The translations under genes were made by a program, and so were the position numbers. Positions 10,528 to 23,100 of a DNA stretch of 64,000 nt are shown in pieces (the stretch's first letter is position 1; the number at the start of each line of letters is the position of its first letter). The stretch covers positions 7,235,929-7,299,928 of the forward strand of contig OZ037769.1 in NCBI GenBank assembly GCA_964035545.1, given 5' to 3'. The notes beneath the pieces were generated by a model, which was not told the origin of the DNA, made no database searches, and was given only the letters and a program-made list of their open reading frames with translations. Source of the stretch: Bugula neritina. Its lineage: Eukaryota > Animalia > Bryozoa.

Positions 10528-12969
10528 ATTAAAATAAAAGAGATAGAATGAGAAATATAAGTATTAACATAAATAATATTATACACTTAACAGTATGGGT
10601 ACTATAGTATAACTAGTAGTGATAAACTTATAAAGAGAAAGGAGGGTATGGAAAGGAAAAGGAACAATAATAAGTTGGTTAAAGTTATAATAATAATGTT
10701 AGTAGTATAGTATAGTTAATTGTTAAGTATAGTATTAGTATAAGTTTAGTATTGAAGACAAAGAAAGAGTTCACCACACTTCCTCCGCAATAGTCCAGCC
10801 AGGTTCAACCACTGCTAAGGTCCAACTGGGCGCAGACAGAGCTAGCAAGCCAACTCTTGGTGCCTGTTTCTCACGATAGCACACCCAACCCTACCGGTGT
10901 CCAAATCAAATCTCTGTAGGCAACAGCTCCTTGAAGGCATATACTGGTAATAGCAGGTTTTGATGCAAGGAAATTTGGAAACTTTCGGAAGAGCACTCAG
11001 AAAACACGTCCGGACGCCATGACAGTATTCATAGTCGATACTGATACTGTGTTTAGTTGATTGAGAAAATGTAAAATAAGTGGATATAAAGCGTAGAAAA
11101 TGAGCTATGCACTGAATATCAGGACTTGTTTTGTGGCGATCCTTTATGCTGATCCTGATGAGAACCTTGTCATCTCTGGGTGGTCTTATTCTTGGTTGTC
11201 CACTTCGAAGCCGATCTGCTACACTGCCAGTCTCCATAAACTTTTTGATAATTTGATGTACAGTTGTCTTTACTTAGCCAATCTTTTCAGATATTTTATT
11301 GATTGAATAAACTTCCTTATGCAAGAAAATTGTTACAGACCTTGCTTCTGAAGTAAGATTTACAGCTCTCATTTTGTCTATGCGCAGGACCTAAGTGTAC
11401 ACCAAGTAAAGCTCACAACTAAATGACAGATTTCAAATTATCAAAGGAAGTGATATTTTATATCATGATGCCATGCACAAAGTCAAAATTCACTGTTCAG
11501 CTTTTTGTGGTTATTGAAAGCAATAAACTTTGGGAACATAAAAATACAAGGAGTTGGGCTTCCCTAGCTGCTTGTGTAGTGAGCCCGAAAATGGGTGGAA
11601 AACATCACAACAATAGACATTTGTAGGGTGGGGATTATAGTGCACATTCTAAGGGTCATTTTGATATATCGAACTTGCAAAAAAAATACTAAGAACTTAC
11701 AGGAAATGCCTATTAAACAAGATACATAGAAATTTTTGCAAGCGTCCTTAAACTTTTTCACCGCACTGTATATGATTATAATAATCAATCATAATCACTT
11801 AGTAATAATCCTTATGATTATGAATGCTAAAATCAGAATGAAAATGTTTTAGTAAAGCTCAATGTCTGGTTTATTATAATTGTTGTTTATACTATATTTA
11901 TAATATTATTACTGCAAGTTTTTAACGGATTGTTAGAGTGAACTTTCACTCTAGAATGAGAAAAAATAAAAATTATCAAGGTGTTCATCAAAAGTTACTA
12001 TGTTGATTTAGTCTTCATTGAGCTTAGCTTCAAGTTTCTTTTGCTTTTTGTTTTAGTTATACTATCAGCAGTAATAAAGTTTGAGTTTGAGAACTACCGG
12101 GAATTCAAAAGATGAAGTTGATATTCAATTTTGTTTTCCTAAGCCTAAAGCTAATCATTATTATATTGATATTCATATTGAATAAAATATAATATTATTT
12201 GCATGCTCATTACTGCAGAATACAAAGCTCTTTATAGCTAGAGGTTCTTTTTGTGTAATGGGAACAGGGGTAACACAATCCAAACCATTGAAACGTAGTT
12301 GAAAAGTATGTTGGAATTAAATATGAAGTTTGTTTTGTTTCCCTACTATAAGTATCTATCTGAATAATGCATATTTTTATTCAGTGTTTGTCAGCTCATA
12401 AAAGTTGCCGGATACTCATGTTTTAGTTGCCTGACTTGCCCCACTTGCAATTACAACAACATAACTTCAATGTGTCGTGGTTTTCCCATTATTTTATTCC
12501 TATTTTCTAATATCCTCATTACAGAGTCTATGTCAGTTTTAACTTTTTTTTTGTAAAAGCACATCACTATTACCTGGTAAATTGCTTTAAATTTGTACAC
12601 CAGTTATAGCATTCCTAATAAAGTTCAGGATTTTTTCATCTAAAAATAAGTTTCATGGCTATTTCCAAAAATTATAGCCTCTTATTTTTCTTTTAAAAAA
12701 TGTGGATGTCTACTAACCTAGCTTAAAGTTGATTATATTTTTTAAATTAAAAAGAAATAGCATATTCTATTTTCTAACATAATTTTTCAAAAAAACTAAT
12801 TTTTATATTTTATATGTTGCTTTTTTTAATCGGTATAGCTATTATTTGAATTTTGCTATACTTGTCTAGTAAAACTAATGCAGTTGCATACATGTATGTG
12901 ACACTATCTATTTCTTTGTGTTTTTCCTTGAAGATATGATAAGATAGTAGTGGCGCAGTTGAAGTCAAC

Positions 12970-15685
12970 ATGGATACCCTTGATGTTACATTAGTAAAAG
13001 CTCTAGAAAGCAATACCTCTGTAGGTTTGTATAAACTCGGCTTTTTGTAATATTTAGGTTGGTTTAAATGCTAGTTGGGTTCAACTTCAAGTTTATTCGA
13101 TTGTTTCCAATTAATTACCTGAGTAGCCATATTTCATTGCCTTAAGCTGAGGTTGGCTGTAACCATTAGCAAGTAAACAATTCATAACTAATTCTCTAGC
13201 AAAGAGGAAATTATCAATTAGTTATTCATGTAAATACTATTTGCAATAAAAGTATGCAATAGTGAAATGAGCACTGAGTTGATTGTCATGGAATTATAGC
13301 ATTAGTTTCAATGTAGCTTGAGAAAATATTATCCGTAAATATAGCAAATATACTCTTAGCCTAGGGCCACACGGTGCGTATTTTCGCATGCGAAAATTGA
13401 AATCACAAGTAGCAAAGGTGTCCACTGTGCGGGTTGAGAAAACATTCGCACTTGTCGCTCTGGATTTTCAACGCAAGTGCGAATCGTCTCTGTCGTCGTC
13501 ACCTAATTGGCTGGTAGTTATTCAGCGAGCCCAATTTCTTTATTTTAGTGCTACATTCCAGTAAATTGCGTTTTATTGAAAGCGAGTGCGATTTAAAAAT
13601 GAAAGCTTTATTTATCACGCATCACTGACGCTACAGTGGACACCTTTGCTACTTGTGATTTCAATTTTCGCATGCGAAAATACGCACCCTGTGGCCCTAG
13701 GCTTAGCCTAAATTACAAGCTAAGGATCGAAAACCCAGCCTTTGCAAATACATATAAGTTTTATTTATCTTGTAGTTATGAGTTGTAACAGAACATGTAT
13801 GTTTGAACTACCATGATTTTAGGTATTAAACTTGAGCAACCGAGAGTTGATAGCAGTCCCCTCTCAGGTGGCTCATATGGTCACACTAACTCATCTATAT
13901 CTAAACAATAACAAACTCATGATCCCTCCAGATGAACTCTCTGCTCTGCAAGTATGCTTCATTTAATATTTTAGACTTTTACATAGCTCTTGAGATTTAT
14001 ACTAATTACTCTATGCAGTAAAATCTTTCTTTGAAAGCTCAAGCTTGTTATTTTGTAGTTTTGTTTGCTTACCTAGTCATTTATGCAGTGATATGCTATA
14101 AATACATTATGTACCAAATTTGTGATTCTTAGATTACATATATATTCTATATATACATTATACACTTATGATTAGAGTCAGTTCTTTCTATGCTGTCAAA
14201 CTGTACACTTTATACCTTACAATAATAAACCTTTAAATGATACATTATTCCAATGGTCTCATCTTGATTATCACACAAACATACAAAAACAAAGCATTGC
14301 AATGTTATACTTCAAAAATTTTAGGGTACCATCTGTCATTTTGTTTACTTTTTTAGAATTTGCTGGAAATTACACTGGACCACAACTCACTTCCATTGTT
14401 ACCCAGCTCCCTGTTCAGTCTGCACAAGCTGAGATATATTAGTGCTAGCAATAATTCTTTCACTTGCATTCCTGATGGAATTGGACAGCTAACAGCACTC
14501 ACCCAACTTTGGCTCAACCAATGCATGCTCTCACACTTACCTGACTCTATTTGTCAGTTACATAATTTGGAGAAGTTGTCTGTGCGATGTAACAAATTAA
14601 CGGAGTTGCCTTCTCAATTTGGCAATCTTTCTAGTCTGCAGTGGTTGAATATTTCAGACAACAAACTGCATTGCTTACCATCTTCCATGTCTCATCTTAT
14701 TAAACTAACTTATCTTAATCTCAGTACGAACTCTCTAGAATCTGTACCAAAATGCATCAGTGAGTTGGGTCAGCTTACCATTCTATTATTGAGATACAAT
14801 CCTATAAGGTCTGTACCAGATGATCTCATCATAGAAATGACCAATCTAACCAAGTTTGACGTGAGAGATACTTCGATTACAAGTCGACCAGCCCATTGGA
14901 AGGTTTCTAACCTTTATTTTATTCAGGAGATTTTAAATGTAAAAAATTGCTCATGCTACAGTTTAATTAAAGCAAACATTTCAAAGTTTATTGTGTATTT
15001 CTCCACCTCACAGTATACTCTGTTTGCAACGTATTCTTGACAGTTTCAAGTGTTGTGTGATCAGAAAGAAAAATATTCTGTTGTCAATTATACATATAAG
15101 TGTTTTGTTAGGAATAAGATTATTTAATAGAAGTATTATAACCGTAAAATATTATGTTGTTAAAGTTAAACTCAAAAGATTTTTTGAACCAATTTAATAA
15201 ATGCTACTGACTTTTGGCAGTAATTATTAACATCTTTAAATTGTTTTTGATCAATCCTGCTGCTAGTAAACCTTTTTCGTTTTACATTTTACAACAGCAT
15301 TTTTAAATCACTCGATTTATAAAATATTTTTTTCAGAAAAGCAACATTACTTGTGCCATGATTACAGAAGATATTAGCCTAAACACACAGTTGTATAATA
15401 TGCTACTTCCAGAACAAATTGAAATGTTTAAATTTTAAACATTTGATAGTTTATACATTGCATTATTGGATGAGTCCAGTTTCTGGCTTCAGCATGGTAG
15501 AAATGTTGACAGTTGGTAATTTAATAAATTGGTTCCAAAATTATAATTGGTTGTTGTATTTGTAGGGACTAGAGTACATTCAACTATCTTGTGATGAAGA
15601 GAACACACGGCCTGGTAGTGTTTATTCTTCCACTGTATACGAAGATGAGTTAACTCAGTCGGATGAAGTTTCATCAACCACATAA
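12970..15685 (+). CDS. Small leucine-rich-repeat protein (about 281 aa, all LRR; loosely LRRC69/RSU1-like)
   Basis: Exons 12970-13020, 13823-13951, 14357-14902 and a probable last exon 15566-15685, all phase 0 and GT-AG. About 10 LxxLxLxxNxL repeats. AATAAA at about 15783. The last exon is uncertain (alternative 15337-15438). Confidence 0.8.
13359..13702. mobile_element. PIF/Harbinger (Tourist-like) MITE in LRR gene intron 1
   Basis: Near-perfect TIRs of about 70 bp starting GCCTAGGGCCAC; TTA target duplication at 13356-58 and 13703-05; 344 bp, non-coding. Confidence 0.85.
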
Positions 15686-16992
15686 CAATTCAGCAATTTT
15701 TTAAACTATTTATTCACTTCAGCAATTAATTGGGATATTGTTGTTTGAGATATCTTTTCCTATTCTTTTGTAGTCCATGTATAATAAAATGGTGTTTTTT
15801 TACTGGCAAGCATGTGTTTACAAACAAGCCTATTGTATATATTCTCACTTTATTTACTTTTGAGAAATCAATTTCTTTGTAACAAAATCAGTTTTAAAGT
15901 TGTTCACAGCTACTTCAACTGTTCACAATACTTGGCTAAACTACATAGGTTTGACCTTGCTAATTTTCTGTTTAATAAGGATGCTAATGGTTGTAACTTA
16001 TCTGCAATAAGATGACTTTAGATGTAGTTTATGGGCAATTTTTCTTTACTTTTAATATGAAAATAATTTATCAATTTTTAGAGTTTATACTAATAATTAT
16101 TGTAAGCAGTATTTATTTCAATTGTCTGTGTTTTTTATAAATTATCACAAAATTGAGAATAAGTATGACTTTAAATGGTCATAGTAATACAGAGACCATA
16201 ATATTATAGTATGTGTGCAAAACTATCAGGCAATTCAGGCAGTTTCAACTTTGAACAACATAATGCCATTTCAACTAGGTTTCTCACACTAGCACTTTCT
16301 TGTTAAATTTTGTTGGTTTTATCAAAAACGTGTATTAAATAGACACAAAAATTATCAGCATCTCTTTTTATTTTCAATTTATTCGAACAAGGTCAAACCA
16401 AATTCAATTAAATATTTTCACCTGCATTTAGTCATTAAGATATTTTTGAATTATCTCACTGAAAGTTCCAGTGACTGTCTAATTGTTGAGTGCCAACTAG
16501 GAATCCGGTTTCTGAACTTACAATGCATTCACTTCTTGAAATGTAGAATCCAAATAGTTTATTCTCGACTCCGGTTTCATTTTATCACTAACAGGCATAA
16601 TTCAACAAACCGTAAAAGAAAGTTGAAAGTAAACGTAAGCTCAAGCTAATTAAAATTGCATTGCTTTCCTCAACTGATGGAAGTCACTAGCTTTTTTGAA
16701 GCATTGCATTAGAGGTTTTACGGTATAATTAAACCGAAACAGGCTAGCGTGTAAAAAGCATGGTGAAAACATTTACTTTTCAATCACGCTTGTTCATTGG
16801 ACAAATGTATTATAGCCTTTAATAATAAAGCAACTTTGCTCCAATGCGTCTTATTTTTTAGAAACAAATATTCAAAAATTATTTTAATGTATAAAAGTTT
16901 GTAGTTATTTTCTAATAAAACACATTGCCTGCATTATATAATGAGTTTACGATTGACCAGCTTTGTACATGCTCCTATAACCATAGAGATAC

Positions 16993-17031
16993 AATGCTAT
17001 GAAAACGGAAAAGCTACATTTCGCATGCGCA
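16993..17031 (+). promoter_or_regulatory. Degenerate RFX X-box-like and NRF1-like motifs upstream of TRAF3IP1
   Basis: AATGCTATGAAAAC (16993-17006) and TCGCATGCGCA (17021-17031) lie 70-110 nt before the ATG. IFT genes are established RFX targets, but the matches are imperfect. Confidence 0.35.
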
Positions 17032-17103
17032 AAACAGAACTCTGGGATGACATTCTTTACTTGAAATGCTTCGGCTGTTACTTTAGTGTTAGGCATCATC
17101 ATC

Positions 17104-20100
17104 ATGAATGAAGAAATTATTAAAAACACTCAAGACTCCCTAGGAAAAATTATTGGAAAAAAGCCACCTTTGACAGAAAAGCTTTTGAGCCGGCCACCAT
17201 TTAAATTTCTACATGACATAATCACATCAGTATGTACTATTGCTACATATATATAATTTTATTTTTATTTTATTTTTGATACTCATACTATCACTATCAG
17301 TATCAGTATTACTATTGGTATTTATTTTTAATATTTATAATTTATAATAATAAATTGTTTTTATACTAATAACTATAACTATTATTACTTATTAGTCTTG
17401 GACTTAGAGTTTTGATTAACTTAAACTTAAAGACTGAAACTCAATATAAGTATAACTGTTTAGTGTTTAGTCACTCATAATGTTATAGTTTTCAGATTTA
17501 GGGTTGATGTGCCACCAAGAGAGTCTATTTAACACTAGAGAAACTTCACCAGTTAAGTCGAGTAGATATCGTTATATTTAATACAAGAATACATAATAAA
17601 AATCCAATGTACAACAGTAATGATACGCACGTCTATTTAGTTTACAGCACTATCCTCAACTGAGCTAGTAGCGCGAAGCGGCTACTATTACTTATAAAAC
17701 AGCCTAGCTAATTGGCTAATACATTGTTCCGGGTCAATACGCAACCTTGCGTATTGTGTTGCTGGTAGCTCCACGAGCCACCACACTGCCCCCTCCAGCA
17801 GAAAGCCCACTTTCTGATAAAATAAAATTCACATAAAAAAAACGTATACTTCGTTGTGGGGGGGGGTAAGAGAACAGTATAAAAGTATATACAAAAAAAC
17901 AACAACTGATAAAAAATATACAGGTATATATAACGTGCACACTAAGTAATAAGCAAGAGAAGGTCCTATCTACATGTAGAGTACGTGCCACCATTACGGT
18001 AGGGAATGCCACAGAGAGGTAGGGAAATGAGTAGTATAGAGTTGTAGGTAGACTCGAGTTAACTGCGGGCCGCACGCTTCATGCGTTTAATAGACTCCTG
18101 TAAGTATTTGAGTTCACTGGATGCAGCCTGTACTCGTGGGGCCAGCCTGTACACTTCTTGCTCCAAGTCGTGCGCCCTAGCTTCTACTTCACGTAGGTTG
18201 CGGGCCCAGGGGGACGAGCGAGAGGAAGTCGGCTGTCTGTGTCTTTTCCGCTCTGAGGATGGAAGGGGAGGAGGGAGTGTATATGCATTTGTGTCTACCC
18301 TCTGTAGTACGACACGAGGAAAGGTATGCGGCATGCGTAGAGGACTGTGAGGTGGAGAGTTAGCAGACTGGGTAAGTTTATCTGCGGCTCCAGAGATGAT
18401 GGGCCGCGGGGAAGGGAAGCCTTGCTCCAGGCGAGATAGCCGAGCTGAGTCAGTGATGAGTGGTTTGATGGCGTTGAGAAAGGCAGAGGTTGCATTCACG
18501 ATTACTCTCACCTCCTTGATGGGTCCTGATCTCTCTCTCTGTGGCAGGGGTAATCCAGTTGGAGGTTGCTTCCAACTGGGGTGGCAGTTGCCTGGTGGTA
18601 GAAGTTGTTGGGGCCGGCTCTGAGTCCCACGCCATCTCTAGAGAAGGCATGCCCGGAGAGACGGGCGCGAGTGTGTCTACAAAAGTAGAATTAGTGTTAG
18701 ATCGCGGTGGATCTTTACAACCTAATTCTAGTGACTGTCGACCGTTGCTAGCCTGAGAGTCACTGCTTTTGGAATGCACTCGAGGAACTGATGAATCATG
18801 TGTGGACTGACCAAGAACAGTGTCTAGCTCCAGGTCTAACAGACCATCGGCCATTACAGTGTCTTCATCGTCATTCACATGAAACGTGGTTCCCAGTAAT
18901 TCTGATTCAATCTGCTGAATTAGTTCAGAATCTACTGGCATCGAGCCCGTTTCCATGAATAGGAATACAAGACTTATACTGGCTTACCTGGGAACTCGGT
19001 ATTAATGTCCATACTCAACGTTCTTGGTAAGGTTGGAGCTGGTTGTGAGATACGTCTGCCTTTGGCGATGTCAGCATAAGAAAAGGCTGAGCATCGTTTC
19101 TGAGACACGAGGTCGGAACTATTTGCTTTACGCGCATTAATTCCTCCCACTATTCCGCCCTCGCAAAAGTTGATATTTGCGTGGGGTTCACAACTCCAAC
19201 ATATCGTACGGTTTTCCCCTAGACTTTCATGTGCGCCGCTTCTAATGCAGTCACATATGAAGTCTTTCAAATACGGTGGGGGTTTCCTCGTACGCTGTCC
19301 CCTTTCTAGGGGGGGTGACACGCTTGCCGGTTCATTAGTAGGGGCCTCTAATGGCGTCTCTACTTCACCGTTAGTGGTCACCTCTTCTTGTTCTCCGGAT
19401 GGAGCCCCTCCCTCCGTGGGGGTTTGCACTTCCGGAACCGGCTCGGTTTCTGGAAGTGATGGAATTAGACTTGGCGGTGGCGGACACGCTTCTGTTGACA
19501 AAAGCTGCCGCTCCTCTCTCACCAAGTTTTCCTCCCGCGGTATGACCACTTCGTATTCAGGTCCATGCCGCCGTCGCCCGCGCGTCGTTGTCTGCCTCCT
19601 GGGCTCTAACAACGGGGGGGCTTCTCCCACTCCGTCAGGGCTAGCCCAATACGGTTTCAAGCGAGACTCATTCTGGATAGACACCTGTCCTGAGCGCTCA
19701 ATCTTGTACGTATGATTGGGCATAGCCTCGACGACCACGTAGGGGCCTACGAACTTAGGCTTCAGCTTATCAGCCTGTCCGCGGCGCCTACGGTAATTGA
19801 CCATCCACACCTTATCTCCCCTTTGATAGAGAGGTGGTTCATCGGAATCTTCGTGCCGCACCTTCCACTGCTGTTGGCGCAGTATATCGTGTGCGGCCTT
19901 CATCCGTTCCACTAGTTCACTGGCATACTCGTGGACTGAGTTATCTTGCTCTGGAACGTGATAGGTGAGATGGTCAGGGACACGAGTCTCTCTCCCGAGC
20001 ATCAAGAGGTTTGGGGTCTCACCAGTACTGGTGTGTGGGGTGCTACGGTATGCACGCATGACTTGCGGCAACACCGTATCCCATTCCTCTTGACCTCGTC

Positions 20101-23100
20101 CAAGGAGGAGACTCCGGAGTGCATCACCTAGCATCCGGTTGTTGCGCTCCACCACCCCGTTACCTTGAGGGTGGTAGGGGGTGGTCCTGCTCTGATTTAC
20201 TCCCCAGAGGCGGCAAAGGTCGCTCATCAGTTGAGACTGGAATTGAGCGCCTTGATCAGAGTGTATCTGTTCGGGGAGCCCAAAATAACAGAATACATGT
20301 TGGTCTAGCGCCCTGGCCACTGTCGGGGCTGATGCATCTGGAATAGCCAGAGCATCCGCCCACCTAGTAAAGTGGTCGGTTAATACTAGGATCCAATTGT
20401 TGCCTCTGGGGGTCATGGGCATGGGTCCGACCAGGTCTACAGCGACTACTTGCCAGGGCCTACCAGCATATAGCCTCCGCCGTCCTGCTTCACCAGGGGG
20501 GCGGCTATGCTTACTGGCCTGGCAGATCTCACACTGTTTGACTCTGAGCCGGACGTCACGCTCCATCTGCGGCCAATACCACCGGAGTCGTAATTTGGAT
20601 ATCACTCGCTTGACCCCTGCGTGGGCCTGCTTGTGAGTATCCCAAATCAACTCACGGCGGATGGCTGTGGGGCAGACTACCCTCTTCCTTTCCGGGTGTC
20701 TGCCGCTGGCAGCTAGAGAGATGGTTAGCAACCCATCCTGCCCGATCCGCAGCGAGTCCCAACGCTGGCAGTATAGCCGGAACTCGGCGCATCCCTGTCG
20801 TATGCGTTCCTCGCTGGGTCGTCGCCCTTCCCTTTTGGCCCGGTATATGTCTGCCACGACTCCAGGCAGCACTTCTTGGAGCTTCTTCAGCTCTCGAACA
20901 TTACCGGCCAGTACAGGGTTGGTGCGGAGGTTTTGTACATCCTCCGGGGATTCATCAACTCTTTGCCTGAGTTGACCTTGATCCCAGTCAAATGATGCTC
21001 CGTGATGAGCCAGCGTCTCCAACTCGCATCGTGGGAGACCTCCATCCCTCCTCTCGATGTTGAGACACTGTTTGCAACCTCCGTCAGGTCGGCGACTCAA
21101 CCCATCCGCATTGCTGTGTCTCTTGCCCGGTCGATGTTCGATCCGGTATGAGAATTCAGCTAGGATTTCGAGCCACCGGGCGACCTGACTAGAGGGCTCT
21201 GCTCTCCTGCACAACCAGATCAGCGAGGCATGATCCGTACGCAGCCGGAACTTCCTGCCATATAGGTATGGTCTGAAGTGTTTCACTGACTTGATTACTG
21301 CCAGCAGCTCCTTGCGGGTAGTGCAGTAATTTCGTTCAGCGGGAGAGAGAGACTTGCTGTAGTAGGCTACTACTACCTCTCGGCCTTCCTGCACTTGTGA
21401 CAACACAGCGCCAACATTCTGGTCACTGGCGTCCGTGTCTAGGATGTACTCCAGAGTGGGGTCTGGGTAGGCCAAGATGGGCGCCGTTAGTAGGCAGCCC
21501 TTGAGGCGGTCGAACGCTTCTTGTTCGACTGGAGTCCACTGCCACGTCACTCCCTTTGCGGTGAGCCGGTTTAACGGCTGGGCTATGCCCGCAAAGTCTG
21601 GTATGTATTGCCTGTAATATCCTACCAGCCCCAAGAAAGCCCGGAGTCCGGTCAAATCTTGGGGGGTGACCCAGTCTTCTACTGCCCGCACCTTTTCGGG
21701 ATCCGTTGCCACGCCGTTTCGACCGACAACGTGCCCCAGGTACTTGACCTCCGGCTGCAATAGAGCGCACTTGGAAGGTTTGAGCTTAAGACCGGCACCT
21801 CGGAGTCTCTCGAAAACCTCTTGCAGACGACTGACATGTGTCTCGAAGTCTGGAGAGATTACGATGACATCATCGAGGTAGACCAGCAGTGTCTTCCAAT
21901 GGAGTCCGCTAAGGACTTGTTCCATCAGCCTCTGGAAGGTGGCTGGGGCGGAGGTTAACCCGAAGGGCAGCACCTTCCACTTCCACAACCCGTCCCGTGT
22001 GATAAACGCCGCTTTTTCCTGGGCGTCGGGACTCAGAGGAACTTGCCAATAGCCGCTTAGCAAGTCTAACGTACTGAAGTACTTGCTGCCGGCTAGGGCG
22101 TCCAATGACTCGTCAATACGAGGTAGAGGGTAGGCGTCCTGTATGGTTACGCTATTGAGTTTGCGGTAGTCCACACAGAACCGCCAACTGCCGTCTTTCT
22201 TCCGGACCAGTACGACTGGCGAGCTCCACGCACTATGGGCGGGCTCTATCAGTCCCCGGTCCAGAAGATCCCGTACTTGTCGGCTAACCTCCTTCTCTTT
22301 CTCCGGCCCCAGCCTGCGCGTGGGCTGCCGGACAGGGACTGTCCCTGCAGTCAGCGGTATTTCGTGTCTGACAACTCCAGTCAGTCCCACGTCATGCTCT
22401 CCGCTGCTGAACACATCACCGTAGTCGCGTAGTAACTTGGCCATAGCTTGGCGCTCTCTGTTACTCGCGCAGCCGCCACTGGCTGTTTCGTATAACTCCC
22501 GGAGATGTGTTGGGACTGCCCCTCGTCCCTGAATAGGGTGTCGAGGGGGTGCCTCCGTCGCGTCACCCAGCGACGGGCCCACGTCCTCTTCCTGGACGGA
22601 ATGGAACCGGCCCAGCATTGACCCAGCTGGGAGCTCAATGGGCTCGGTAAAGGGGTTGACGCACTGCACTAAGACCTCCCCTCGCTCAGTTAGTCGGTTT
22701 AAACTACTGGCGAGTTGGATCTTTTCGTGCGCGCTTTCAACGACCCCGAGCCTGGCTATCCGGTTGCTGTTCACTCGGCAGTGGATAGTAGCTCTGGAGC
22801 GCCCGGGTACGGTGCAGTTTCGAACTACCTGAACACCGCCCACCAGAGGACGCCCAAACTTATCCACACAGGCGAGTTCTCGCCCGCCCATCAGCACCAC
22901 CAATTTACTGAAATCTATTCGGCACTGGTGTTGCTTCAAGAAGGGCATTCCGAGGATAGCATCTTCCTCCAGTTGACCTATGATAAAGGTCTCCTGTACA
23001 GCCTGATCTCGGACACGCCCAGGGAGCTCGATAATACCATAAAAGGGGATACATGACCCGTCTGCCAGGGTGCCATGTTCTCCAGTATACGGTCGTACTC

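Larger units (their letters stand above)
6855..11111 (-). mobile_element. Full-length CR1/L2-group non-LTR retrotransposon (LINE)
   Basis: About 580 nt of 5' UTR, PHD-finger ORF1, APE-RT ORF2, a short 3' UTR with a hairpin and an (AGACA)n tail. No obvious TSD. Confidence 0.92.
6109..11372 (-). pseudogene. Tc1 transposase pseudogene, split by the LINE and carrying stops and frameshifts
   Basis: N-terminal HTH part (ETGSVADRLRSGQPR...DRHKTSPDIQ) at 11372-11112. It resumes at about 6854 with KEWSES...RRRLLSHGLRGCKARRKPLLT...FSDES...VMFWGCI...FQDDNAPCH...WPAQSP...KNKGWPTKY*. Confidence 0.85.
5759..11768 (-). mobile_element. Tc1/mariner (Tc1-type) DNA transposon fossil, interrupted by a LINE
   Basis: TIRs of about 27 bp, CAGTGCTGTGAAAAGTTTAAGGACGC and CAGTGCGGTGAAAAAGTTTAAGGACGC, each flanked by TA (5757-58, 11769-70). 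Confidence 0.9.

Noticed and set aside
18059-18956. Retroviral env gene
   Set aside because: No signal peptide or transmembrane segment; reported as accessory ORFs instead.
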